DNA from: a virus
Taxonomy: Duplodnaviria; Heunggongvirae; Uroviricota; Caudoviricetes
DNA length: 21,668 nucleotides
Virus record (IMG/VR): IMGVR_UViG_3300017978_000250
Coordinates: 64,001 to 85,668 of that record
Strand: one strand, 5' to 3'
Each line of letters opens with the position of its first letter. The stretch's first letter is position 1. A program made the translations under genes and the position numbers. Shown here piece after piece: positions 14,497 through 21,668 of the stretch. The notes below the pieces were generated by a model. That model was not told the origin of the DNA, did no database searches, and saw only the letters and a program-made list of their open reading frames with translations.

Positions 14497-15825
14497 TTAC
14501 TGGAATCTGTATCTAAGAATCACAATTCCGGAGCCACCGGCTAAGCCACCCGAGCTTGCATTGCCGCCGCCAGCGCCGCCACCTGTATTTACTGTTCCTG
14601 CGTTGGGGCTGCCACCAGAGCTATTTCCGCCTCCGCCTAAGCCGCCAACGCCAGTATCTCCACCACCGCCACCGCCACCATAATAAGTGTTTGTACCAGA
14701 CCAGTTAATTGCTACTCCTGCACCACCTGCGTTGAGTACTGCGTTTGCATTTGATCCCGCGCCGCCACCAGCTGCTGTACCGCCGCCTCCGTTTGCAGCG
14801 CCATTAAAATCTGCGTTATTGCCACCCGGAAACCCAGTGGTCGTGCCATTGCCGCCGGTTGCAGTCAATGTTGTAAATCCTGCACCAGTGATAGTAGTAG
14901 AAGTGCCGGTGCCGGATGTAGTGCCATTCGTACCAGCGCCGCCTGCACCAATAGTAATAGTGTAACTAGTATTAGGCACCATTGTCGCAGTACCTGTTCT
15001 GACTACCCCGGCGCCGCCGCCTGCACCATAACAAACACCAGACGTGCCGCCAGTAGAGCCGCCTCCGGCGCCCACGATAAAGTATTCTACTTGTCCGCCT
15101 GACGTAGGTGCAGTTGTCAAAGAAAATGCTCCGCTCGAAGTAAACGTGTGAATCTTGTAGTTTCCGATAGTAGCCGTAGTGCCACCGGTCGCAACTATCA
15201 CACCTATATATTGCAAATTATACCACTGACTTGCATTATATAATTCAACATAACTAGTGTCAGTGTTAACACGCAAGTGACCGTTCAGCGGAGAGCTTGG
15301 GCGTTGTGCGGTATTACCTACTGCAATTTGCCATGCTGCGGTACCTACGGTAACTTTATCATATGTGACTGCACCCTCTGCTAACTTTGCAGATGTAATT
15401 GAACCGTCAGCAGGTGAAGTATCTACAGTAGACCAAGATGCAGCAGAACCATTCGTTGTAAGATACTTACCTGAATTAGATGTTTGTGAGGGTAGTGAGT
15501 CTACTGCCGCCCAAGAAGGATCAGTACCATCAGTTGTTAAATACTTACCAGTTTGCCCAGTCTGAGTAGGTAGAGATGTTCCGCTGCTTCCTCCAAGCGA
15601 AACCCATGCATTACTCAATTGAACACTCAAACTACTAGTGTTAGGATCAATCCAGAAAGCACCGTCGACAGTAGACCCAGGTTCTATACTTGATACTGTT
15701 ACCGGAACACTCGGAGTAGTTGACACAGTTGACGGGATCCATCGTGATCCGTTATATACCCATACTTTATTGTTGTAAGTATATGTTTGATTTACTGAAG
15801 GGTTGGAAGGGAAACTTAAAGCCAT
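14497..15825 (-). CDS. Fibre/adhesin-like protein with C-terminal glycine-rich domain (442 aa)
   Basis: N-terminal MALSFPSNPSVNQTYTYNNKVWVYNGSRW, a tandem GKYLTT repeat, and VATGG...YKIHTFTSSG...GGSGIVILRY Gly-rich domain. Confidence 0.8.
   Translation of the reverse strand: MALSFPSNPSVNQTYTYNNKVWVYNGSRWIPSTVSTTPSVPVTVSSIEPGSTVDGAFWIDPNTSSLSVQLSNAWVSLGGSSGTSLPTQTGQTGKYLTTDGTDPSWAAVDSLPSQTSNSGKYLTTNGSAASWSTVDTSPADGSITSAKLAEGAVTYDKVTVGTAAWQIAVGNTAQRPSSPLNGHLRVNTDTSYVELYNASQWYNLQYIGVIVATGGTTATIGNYKIHTFTSSGAFSLTTAPTSGGQVEYFIVGAGGGSTGGTSGVCYGAGGGAGVVRTGTATMVPNTSYTITIGAGGAGTNGTTSGTGTSTTITGAGFTTLTATGGNGTTTGFPGGNNADFNGAANGGGGTAAGGGAGSNANAVLNAGGAGVAINWSGTNTYYGGGGGGGDTGVGGLGGGGNSSGGSPNAGTVNTGGGAGGGNASSGGLAGGSGIVILRYRFQ
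15425..15577 (-). repeat. Two tandem 78-bp (26-aa) degenerate coding repeats
   Basis: SLPTQTGQTGKYLTTDGTDPSWAAV and SLPSQTSNSGKYLTTNGSAASWSTV. Confidence 0.8.
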
Positions 15826-15830
15826 GCTAA

Positions 15831-15838
15831 TATTTATC
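15831..15838 (-). promoter_or_regulatory. Candidate T4-type late promoter GATAAATA
   Basis: Intergenic, 5 nt before ATG 15825, with no SD between the box and the ATG. Confidence 0.55.
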
Positions 15839-15843
15839 TCTTT

Positions 15844-16689
15844 TTAGACTAGATACCTGACAATAACGATGCCTGAGCCGCCTGGACGACCTATAGTAGC
15901 AGTGTTGCTTGAACGAGTAGCACCACCTCCGCCACCTGTGTTTACAGTACCAGCTGTAATTCCTTCTTCGTCATAAGCGCCTTTACCACCGCCGCCAGCG
16001 CCGCCAGCGCCGCCCAAGTTTACTGCGCCGCCTGCTCCACCCCCGCCGCCTGCATAAGTGTTGCCGTCTAGCCAAGTGCTTCCGTTACCTCCGGCTCCCC
16101 CGTTGCTTCCCGATGCACTAGATCCCTGTGCAGAGGCACCACCACCTCCGCCGCCGGCTGGGTTAGCACCAGTGCCACCATTATTCCCTTGACCCGCAGT
16201 TCCGGTTGCGCCAGCTTGATTGTTACCACCGCCTCCTCCACCTGAGCCACCCGTGCGGGGACCGTTGCTATACGAACCGCCACCGCCGCCGCCAGTAGAA
16301 ACGTATGTCGTTGAAAAAGAACTATTTGCTCCTGCACCACCAAAATCAGTCGGTCCTGATTCATAGTTACCAGCAGTTCCACCTGCACCAACCGTAATAG
16401 TATATGATGTTGCAGTAACAGAAGCTGCGGATATTGCTCGATATCCACCGGCACCACCACCGCCGCCGTGTCGGTCACCACCGCCGCCGCCGCCAGCGAC
16501 AACTAATATATCTACTGTCTTTCCTACAGGTGCTGAGGTTACAGTGAACGTACCCGAACTAGTGAACGTATGGTATTTGTAAAGTCCTACAGTTGTCTCA
16601 ATTCCACCTGATGCAACTATACCCGGAGACTTGCCGCCGCGCTTTGCAAATCCTGCAATAGATTGAGAGAAAGAGGCAAATCTTGTCAT
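15844..16689 (-). CDS. Stand-alone glycine-rich domain protein (281 aa)
   Basis: Short basic N-terminus, then VASGG...YKYHTFTSSGTF...VDILVVAGGGGG...GGSGIVIVRY. Confidence 0.82.
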   Translation of the reverse strand: MTRFASFSQSIAGFAKRGGKSPGIVASGGIETTVGLYKYHTFTSSGTFTVTSAPVGKTVDILVVAGGGGGGDRHGGGGGAGGYRAISAASVTATSYTITVGAGGTAGNYESGPTDFGGAGANSSFSTTYVSTGGGGGGSYSNGPRTGGSGGGGGGNNQAGATGTAGQGNNGGTGANPAGGGGGGASAQGSSASGSNGGAGGNGSTWLDGNTYAGGGGGAGGAVNLGGAGGAGGGGKGAYDEEGITAGTVNTGGGGGATRSSNTATIGRPGGSGIVIVRYLV

Positions 16690-16692
16690 GTA

Positions 16693-18072
16693 TCACCCGA
16701 ATGATGAAGCTGAACCAAAGACCGTCCAAGCAGAACCAATTCTGAACAGACTATAAGAAATTACATCATACTTGTTTGCATTGCTAGTTGGAGCAGAACC
16801 ACCTGACCATACAACTGTCTGAGTGGTACCGTCAATTTGCATAGTAGTAGGAAGATAAGGTGTTGCACCCTGAGCAATTACAGCTACTACTACAATAATT
16901 TTACTTGACGTAGTAGACACATTTGTAAAGTTTGCCGTGAAGTTTGCTGAAGGTGTAGTGTGATAAAACGTGCCCGCCGTTGCAGTATCGTGCGCTACTG
17001 TACCAGTTGCATTTGTTAACACTGAGAAATTTTCTGCCGAAGGTCCAAATGTTGCAAGTCCACTGACTGTCAATTCAGTTAGTGTGCCCAATGATGTTAT
17101 ATTAGCCTGTGCATTTGAATAGACAGTACTAGATACTAGACTATTTGCAACTTGTCCTGAGATATTTGCAGCTTGTATGTTTGCTAATAAATTTCCGCTA
17201 CCAGAAAAATAGTTTGATGTTACCAAGTTCCCCAAATTAGCATTTCCAGTGACTGTTAAACTTGTTAATGTACCGACGCTAGTGATGTTTGGTTGGGCAT
17301 TAGTAGTCACAGTTGATGCAGAAACATTAGTAAGACTTGAACCGTTACCAATAAAGTATGATGCTGTAATATTACCTGAACTAGTCAGACTAGTTAACGT
17401 ACCGACACTGGTGATGTTAGGTTGAGCGTTAGCGAGAACAGTAGAAGCGGCAGATATCGGAGTTGTCGATCCTCCCAAAACAGTTACATCAACTGGTGAG
17501 TTGTTAGGTACTGCGCTAGTAAACGAAAGTACATTGCCTGTTATACTGTATGCTGTTCTAGGTTGAAGAATACCACCAACTGATACGAATGTATGGTTAA
17601 TTGATACTGGCTCGGATGATAACGTAAAATTCGTAGCTACGCCGTTACCAGTGAAGTTGTCAACTAAGGATGATAATTGAGGTGCGTTCTGTGTGATACT
17701 TACCCAAGTGTCTACATAGAATACGTTCAATTCACCTGTTTCACTATCAAACCACATATCGCCAGCAGAAGAACCAGTGGGTGCAGTATTAGAAACAATA
17801 ACACTAGCTCCGCCACCTGAGCCGCCGGCTGGAGTGTCCCATGACAAACTACCTGAGCCATCTGTTTTCAAATATTGACCAGACGAGCCGCCACCGATAT
17901 TAATGTTACCAACTGCGAATGTCATTACACCGTTACCAACAAAGTAGTTTGATGTAGCAGTATTTCCTAAGTTGGCATTACCTGAGATGATGTTGGCAGT
18001 TAGTGTCAGCGAGTTTGCAACAAAGTCGCCCGTTGTATCTAACCCCGATGATTTTACATATGTTAATGCCAT
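16693..18072 (-). CDS. Modular fibre-like protein with NAQPNITSVGTL repeats (459 aa)
   Basis: GQYLKTDGSGSLSW, APTGSSAGDMWFDS, an FTGNG...FVSVGGILQP domain, three NAQ(P/A)NITS(V/L)GTLT repeats, and a C-terminal WSGGSAPT...YDVISY domain. Confidence 0.8.
   Translation of the reverse strand: MALTYVKSSGLDTTGDFVANSLTLTANIISGNANLGNTATSNYFVGNGVMTFAVGNINIGGGSSGQYLKTDGSGSLSWDTPAGGSGGGASVIVSNTAPTGSSAGDMWFDSETGELNVFYVDTWVSITQNAPQLSSLVDNFTGNGVATNFTLSSEPVSINHTFVSVGGILQPRTAYSITGNVLSFTSAVPNNSPVDVTVLGGSTTPISAASTVLANAQPNITSVGTLTSLTSSGNITASYFIGNGSSLTNVSASTVTTNAQPNITSVGTLTSLTVTGNANLGNLVTSNYFSGSGNLLANIQAANISGQVANSLVSSTVYSNAQANITSLGTLTELTVSGLATFGPSAENFSVLTNATGTVAHDTATAGTFYHTTPSANFTANFTNVSTTSSKIIVVVAVIAQGATPYLPTTMQIDGTTQTVVWSGGSAPTSNANKYDVISYSLFRIGSAWTVFGSASSFG
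17068..17430 (-). repeat. Three degenerate NAQ(P/A)NITS(V/L)GTLT(S/E)LT coding repeats
   Basis: Seen directly in the translation; the DNA copies differ at synonymous sites. Boundaries are approximate. Confidence 0.8.
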
Positions 18073-18089
18073 TATTATAACCTTTTATA

Positions 18090-18097
18090 TATTTATT
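18090..18097 (-). promoter_or_regulatory. Candidate T4-type late promoter AATAAATA
   Basis: Overlaps the upstream stop, 17 nt before ATG 18072, with AAAGG in between. Confidence 0.5.
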
Positions 18098-21000
18098 ATT
18101 TCGAAACCATCGGTGTTGCAGGTGGAGTGAACGTTGATGTGTAACGTGCCACACCCTTTGTGACTCTTAGGTCTTTGATGTATCCGCTGAAGAATGCTGT
18201 GCCAATAGACATACCAGAACTTGCAATAACTGGTCGGTTGACTTCGTTTAGATACACTAATGCATCACTCACACCATTAACTGCAGAGGTACCAGCAGTG
18301 GTTCCGTTAACAAATAGTCTAGTTGTTCCAGAACTTCTTGTTACAGCAACGTGATACCATTGACCGATAGCTACCGATTTTGTTATCAAATCTGTGCTGT
18401 TTGCATAGTAATATAGTAATCCTGAATTTACATATAGAGTTGGATAAGAACCGTTTCCGCCGTTTCTGTGGTCGTATAAAATTGCCAAAGTCGTGACATC
18501 ATTGAAATATACACACATTTCTATTGTGAAATCACCCGAACCAAAAGCGTATTGATATCTACTAGCTATATCTGATTTTATATAATCTCCATTACCATCA
18601 AAGTACAAACTCTTTCCAGTGTTTTGTTGGAATGGATTAAACGATTTTACTTTTGTATCACCGTTTTTAGTTATAGTAATGTTGTTAGTGCTGTTGTCAA
18701 TAAATTTATTTGATTGACAGGTTAATAAACTTGTACCTGAAATAGCAGTCAACACAGATGCTGGTTTAGTAAAAGCAGTTCCGCTAGGATACAAACAAGT
18801 TCCTTTAATAACTCTAAAGTTAGAAATATACCCGTTCCAGTCGGGTGTAGATCCTTCTTGAGTTCTACCTATATCAAAACAATTTGAAGATGCAAGTGAG
18901 ATTGCAGTCTGGTTAGAAATCACGATATCTTGCGTACCGTTAATATACAATCTAAATACACCTGAGTCTCTGACCAACGCAATATGAGTCCAAGTGCCGA
19001 CGATTAACGCAGTAGTACCGTCTGTTCCCGAAGACCCAAGAAACGGGTTGCCGCCGCTAGCACCGTATAAGTTTAAACGATTATCGGCTGTAGTATGTCT
19101 AACAATAACTCGGTTATTATAGTTACCACTAGGATAAAGAGCGAATATACCGCGACCATACTGACTACCAGCATATCCGTTTGTGTTTACGAAACATTCA
19201 ATAGTGAAATCTACTGTGCCCATATCCAATGCAGTATTACCAGCAGTGGTTAAATAATCACCACTACCATCAAAGTAGTTACTATAATAAGTTCCTGCAT
19301 ATGGGTCTTCACTTGCCAACTGAGTGTTACCAACTGTTTCTAAGTTGTTGCTACTGTGATAGTCAATGATACCACCACTAGTACCATTCAATAACAAGTT
19401 ACTACTGTATGTTGTAGCTCCTATCGTTTGAGTTGGAGTTGCCGGAGTAATTCCTGGATAGAAGTTTGATGTATATAGAACTGATCCAATAGTTACACGC
19501 AGGTCAGAAATATAACCAATGAAATACAAAGCGTCTGCTGCTCTACTACCGACATACGCAGTTCCCAAAATACTGTTAGTTAGGGTAGAAGTATTTTTTA
19601 ATACTCCATTTATATACAAGTACGCACTTGAACCATTTTTAACTACTGATACGTGATACCATTGATTCAATCCGTTCAATGATACTGCTGTCATACTTTG
19701 GCTGTATGATTGCCATTGTATAGTACCACCTGAGTTAACCATTAATTGAAAGTTGTTGCCTCCCCATGGTGTAGCATATAGAATACCTTGTGAAGAAGGC
19801 CAAGCTGTAGGATAGAACCAACACTCGACAGTGAAGTTATTAGTATCCGGGGCAAATGTTCCTACAGTTAAGTAATCACCGTTACCATCAAAGTACATTG
19901 AACCACCGTTAACACTAGGACTATATGTTACAAGATTTGTGGTTGTTGTCCCAAACGGGTTGAAAGGTCTTGGTTGAGCATCACCTGTTGCAGTTATTGC
20001 ATATTTGTTTGTACTATTATCAATCATAGTCGATGATTGACAAGTTAAAAATGTTGTATTTGCTATTGCAGTCAACGGTGTAGTACTAGGAGTGAAGTCT
20101 GTCGTGTACACTGCTGTGCCTATAACTAATCTAGCATTACTAATATAACCAGAGAAGTAGGCGGCAGTGGACGTGTCCCATTTGCGACCAATGTTAATTC
20201 CGCCGGCTGAGCTAGCGGTAGTTTGCCATGTTGATACGTTGTTACTAACTGTGTTTACACCATTGACAAATAATTTTGCAGTAGTACCGGAATACACGCC
20301 AGCAACATGATACCATGTGTTTAGTGATAGCGCAGTAGAGTTGGCTGAAGTAGATTGGGCTGCATAAGTCCATGCTGATCCAGTGTAGTACGACATATGA
20401 AGATATCCACCAGGAACGGAAGTAGTTTGAGTTCCGTTGTTTAATCCAAGATGAAAAGGTATTCCGCCGCTAGAGAAATTAGTAGCCATAATACTAATAC
20501 CGGTGAAGGCTGTTACATATACCCAAGCTTCCATTGTAAATGGCGTAGTTGTGGTTGGTAATGATATAGCAGTGCTACCTACAGTAATATTATCTCCGGT
20601 GCCATCAAAGTAAACGCTATAACTAGACGGCACAGTTGTTACACCACCGAACGGTGAGTAGGCTTGAACTTTTGGTGTGTTGGAAATAGTCGGAGTATGA
20701 TTATAAATACTGCTATCTTGTAATCTGTTAGATTGGGCAGTTAACAGTGAAGTGTTTGGAATTCCAGTCAAAGGTGTAGTTGATGGCGTAAACACTTGAG
20801 TGCCAATTGTAGTACTAGCAGTAGTATACACCGCAGTTCCTTTTACCCAACGAATATTAGATACATAACCGGTGAGTAAATCAGTAGAAGTATTAACAGC
20901 ACCTATATATACATCTCCGTTAGCTGGGTTCGCATTAGATGTTCCTACATATGCTAATATACCATTGACATACATTTTAAATCCGTTAGTCGAAGTATTT

Positions 21001-21668
21001 TCTCTAACTACTGCAAAATGAGTCCAAGCGCCCGTTGCAATCAAATAACTTGCATCACTTACTGCGGTTATACCATCATAGTAGCGTAGTGCGCCAACTG
21101 TTGAACCGCTGTAGCCACCGGTTCCGATTAAGATAGGTCCGCAAACGATTTGTTTATTACTTGTTCCGGTAGGTATATTTACCCAACCTTCAATAGTAAA
21201 TGCACCTGCGCCAATGTTGAGGGCAGTGTTTGCTGGAAAATAGTAAGTTGATGCTGCATCAAAGTATACGCTCCATCCGTTTTGACTGAATGGGCTAAAC
21301 GTACCTTGCGTAGGGTTACCGTTTCTAGTAACGATGTTGTTAAAACTACTTTGATCCACGAAGCCGTTGTTGCTTGCACCACCGTTATATTGCAGTGTTA
21401 GTAACTGTGTGTTTGCTACCGGTGTCAATGGGGCCTGCGGTGGTAAGAAGTTTGTGGTGTATAGTGCAGTGCCTTTAATAATTTGCAAGTCTGATATGTA
21501 GCCCGTGAATTTTACAATTTCGTCTCTGGTAACTCCTGCATAAAACATGTTCGTTGAACTTAAACTTGCAGTAGATATTCCACTGGCTTCCTGCACTCCA
21601 TTTAAAAACAATTTCATAGCAGAACCTGAGCGAGTAACCGCTACATGTGTCCATGCTCCTGTTAGTAC
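18096..21668 (-). CDS. Large multi-LamG (concanavalin A-like lectin/glucanase) repeat protein, probable tail fibre or receptor-binding protein; 5' end lies outside the window
   Basis: The frame is open upstream of the Met at 21617 to the window edge (VLTGAWTHVAVTRSGSA-MKLFLNG). One partial and five complete repeats of S(V/L)YFDG.GDY...FT(I/V)E.W...W.H.A...L(F/Y)(I/V)NG...GYIS..R...G...YT..FTP. Confidence 0.88.
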   Translation of the reverse strand, partial: VLTGAWTHVAVTRSGSAMKLFLNGVQEASGISTASLSSTNMFYAGVTRDEIVKFTGYISDLQIIKGTALYTTNFLPPQAPLTPVANTQLLTLQYNGGASNNGFVDQSSFNNIVTRNGNPTQGTFSPFSQNGWSVYFDAASTYYFPANTALNIGAGAFTIEGWVNIPTGTSNKQIVCGPILIGTGGYSGSTVGALRYYDGITAVSDASYLIATGAWTHFAVVRENTSTNGFKMYVNGILAYVGTSNANPANGDVYIGAVNTSTDLLTGYVSNIRWVKGTAVYTTASTTIGTQVFTPSTTPLTGIPNTSLLTAQSNRLQDSSIYNHTPTISNTPKVQAYSPFGGVTTVPSSYSVYFDGTGDNITVGSTAISLPTTTTPFTMEAWVYVTAFTGISIMATNFSSGGIPFHLGLNNGTQTTSVPGGYLHMSYYTGSAWTYAAQSTSANSTALSLNTWYHVAGVYSGTTAKLFVNGVNTVSNNVSTWQTTASSAGGINIGRKWDTSTAAYFSGYISNARLVIGTAVYTTDFTPSTTPLTAIANTTFLTCQSSTMIDNSTNKYAITATGDAQPRPFNPFGTTTTNLVTYSPSVNGGSMYFDGNGDYLTVGTFAPDTNNFTVECWFYPTAWPSSQGILYATPWGGNNFQLMVNSGGTIQWQSYSQSMTAVSLNGLNQWYHVSVVKNGSSAYLYINGVLKNTSTLTNSILGTAYVGSRAADALYFIGYISDLRVTIGSVLYTSNFYPGITPATPTQTIGATTYSSNLLLNGTSGGIIDYHSSNNLETVGNTQLASEDPYAGTYYSNYFDGSGDYLTTAGNTALDMGTVDFTIECFVNTNGYAGSQYGRGIFALYPSGNYNNRVIVRHTTADNRLNLYGASGGNPFLGSSGTDGTTALIVGTWTHIALVRDSGVFRLYINGTQDIVISNQTAISLASSNCFDIGRTQEGSTPDWNGYISNFRVIKGTCLYPSGTAFTKPASVLTAISGTSLLTCQSNKFIDNSTNNITITKNGDTKVKSFNPFQQNTGKSLYFDGNGDYIKSDIASRYQYAFGSGDFTIEMCVYFNDVTTLAILYDHRNGGNGSYPTLYVNSGLLYYYANSTDLITKSVAIGQWYHVAVTRSSGTTRLFVNGTTAGTSAVNGVSDALVYLNEVNRPVIASSGMSIGTAFFSGYIKDLRVTKGVARYTSTFTPPATPMVSK

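Noticed and set aside
11296-14965. Pro-rich plus-strand ORFs and Ala/Val-rich alternative-frame ORFs in the Gly-rich genes
   Set aside because: Expected by-products of GGN codon runs (CCN on the opposite strand, few stops).
9400-16500. GC-rich ccg/cca tracts as a possible CRISPR array, microsatellite or foreign island
   Set aside because: They are poly-Gly codons with mixed third positions, with no fixed repeat-spacer period; the GC rise follows amino-acid composition.
836-21668. Stop-codon reassignment (none of the called genes ends in TAG)
   Set aside because: Genes are full length under the standard code with no in-frame TAG or TGA breaks, so avoidance of TAG alone is not evidence of recoding.
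9338-21668. Diversity-generating retroelement acting on the adhesin-like genes
   Set aside because: No reverse transcriptase and no template/variable repeat pair differing only at adenines; the one repeat found is exact and only 35 bp.

Overview
This window is part of the genome of a large, AT-rich tailed bacteriophage, most likely a T4-like or jumbo myovirus of the kind common in freshwater metagenomes (taxonomy and host are inference). All credible genes lie on the minus strand, tightly packed and often joined by ATGA or TAATG overlaps. In transcription order (right to left) the genes are: a 5'-truncated protein with at least 6 LamG/ConA-like repeats; seven modular fibre/adhesin-like genes, five ending in a glycine-rich domain; two small conserved ORFs; class Ia ribonucleotide reductase (nrdA, a 64-aa ORF, nrdB) and a CPYC glutaredoxin; an Sm-like protein; a PAAR spike-tip protein coupled to a 669-aa unknown; a SleB-like cell-wall hydrolase; a 190-aa unknown; and a 3'-truncated FkbM-family methyltransferase that the ORF track missed. 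The best candidate for a new system is the glycine-rich adhesin-like cassette. One paralogue has an internal module moved to a different position, and a 35-bp exact repeat sits at that junction, suggesting recombinational shuffling. Other notable signals are an ExxxH spacing in the first NrdB metal motif, T4-type late-promoter boxes only 5-9 nt from start codons, and a possible catalytically dead transglutaminase-like protein. I found no RNA genes, CRISPR arrays, introns, inteins or mobile elements. All family assignments come from motif recognition by eye; no database searches were run.
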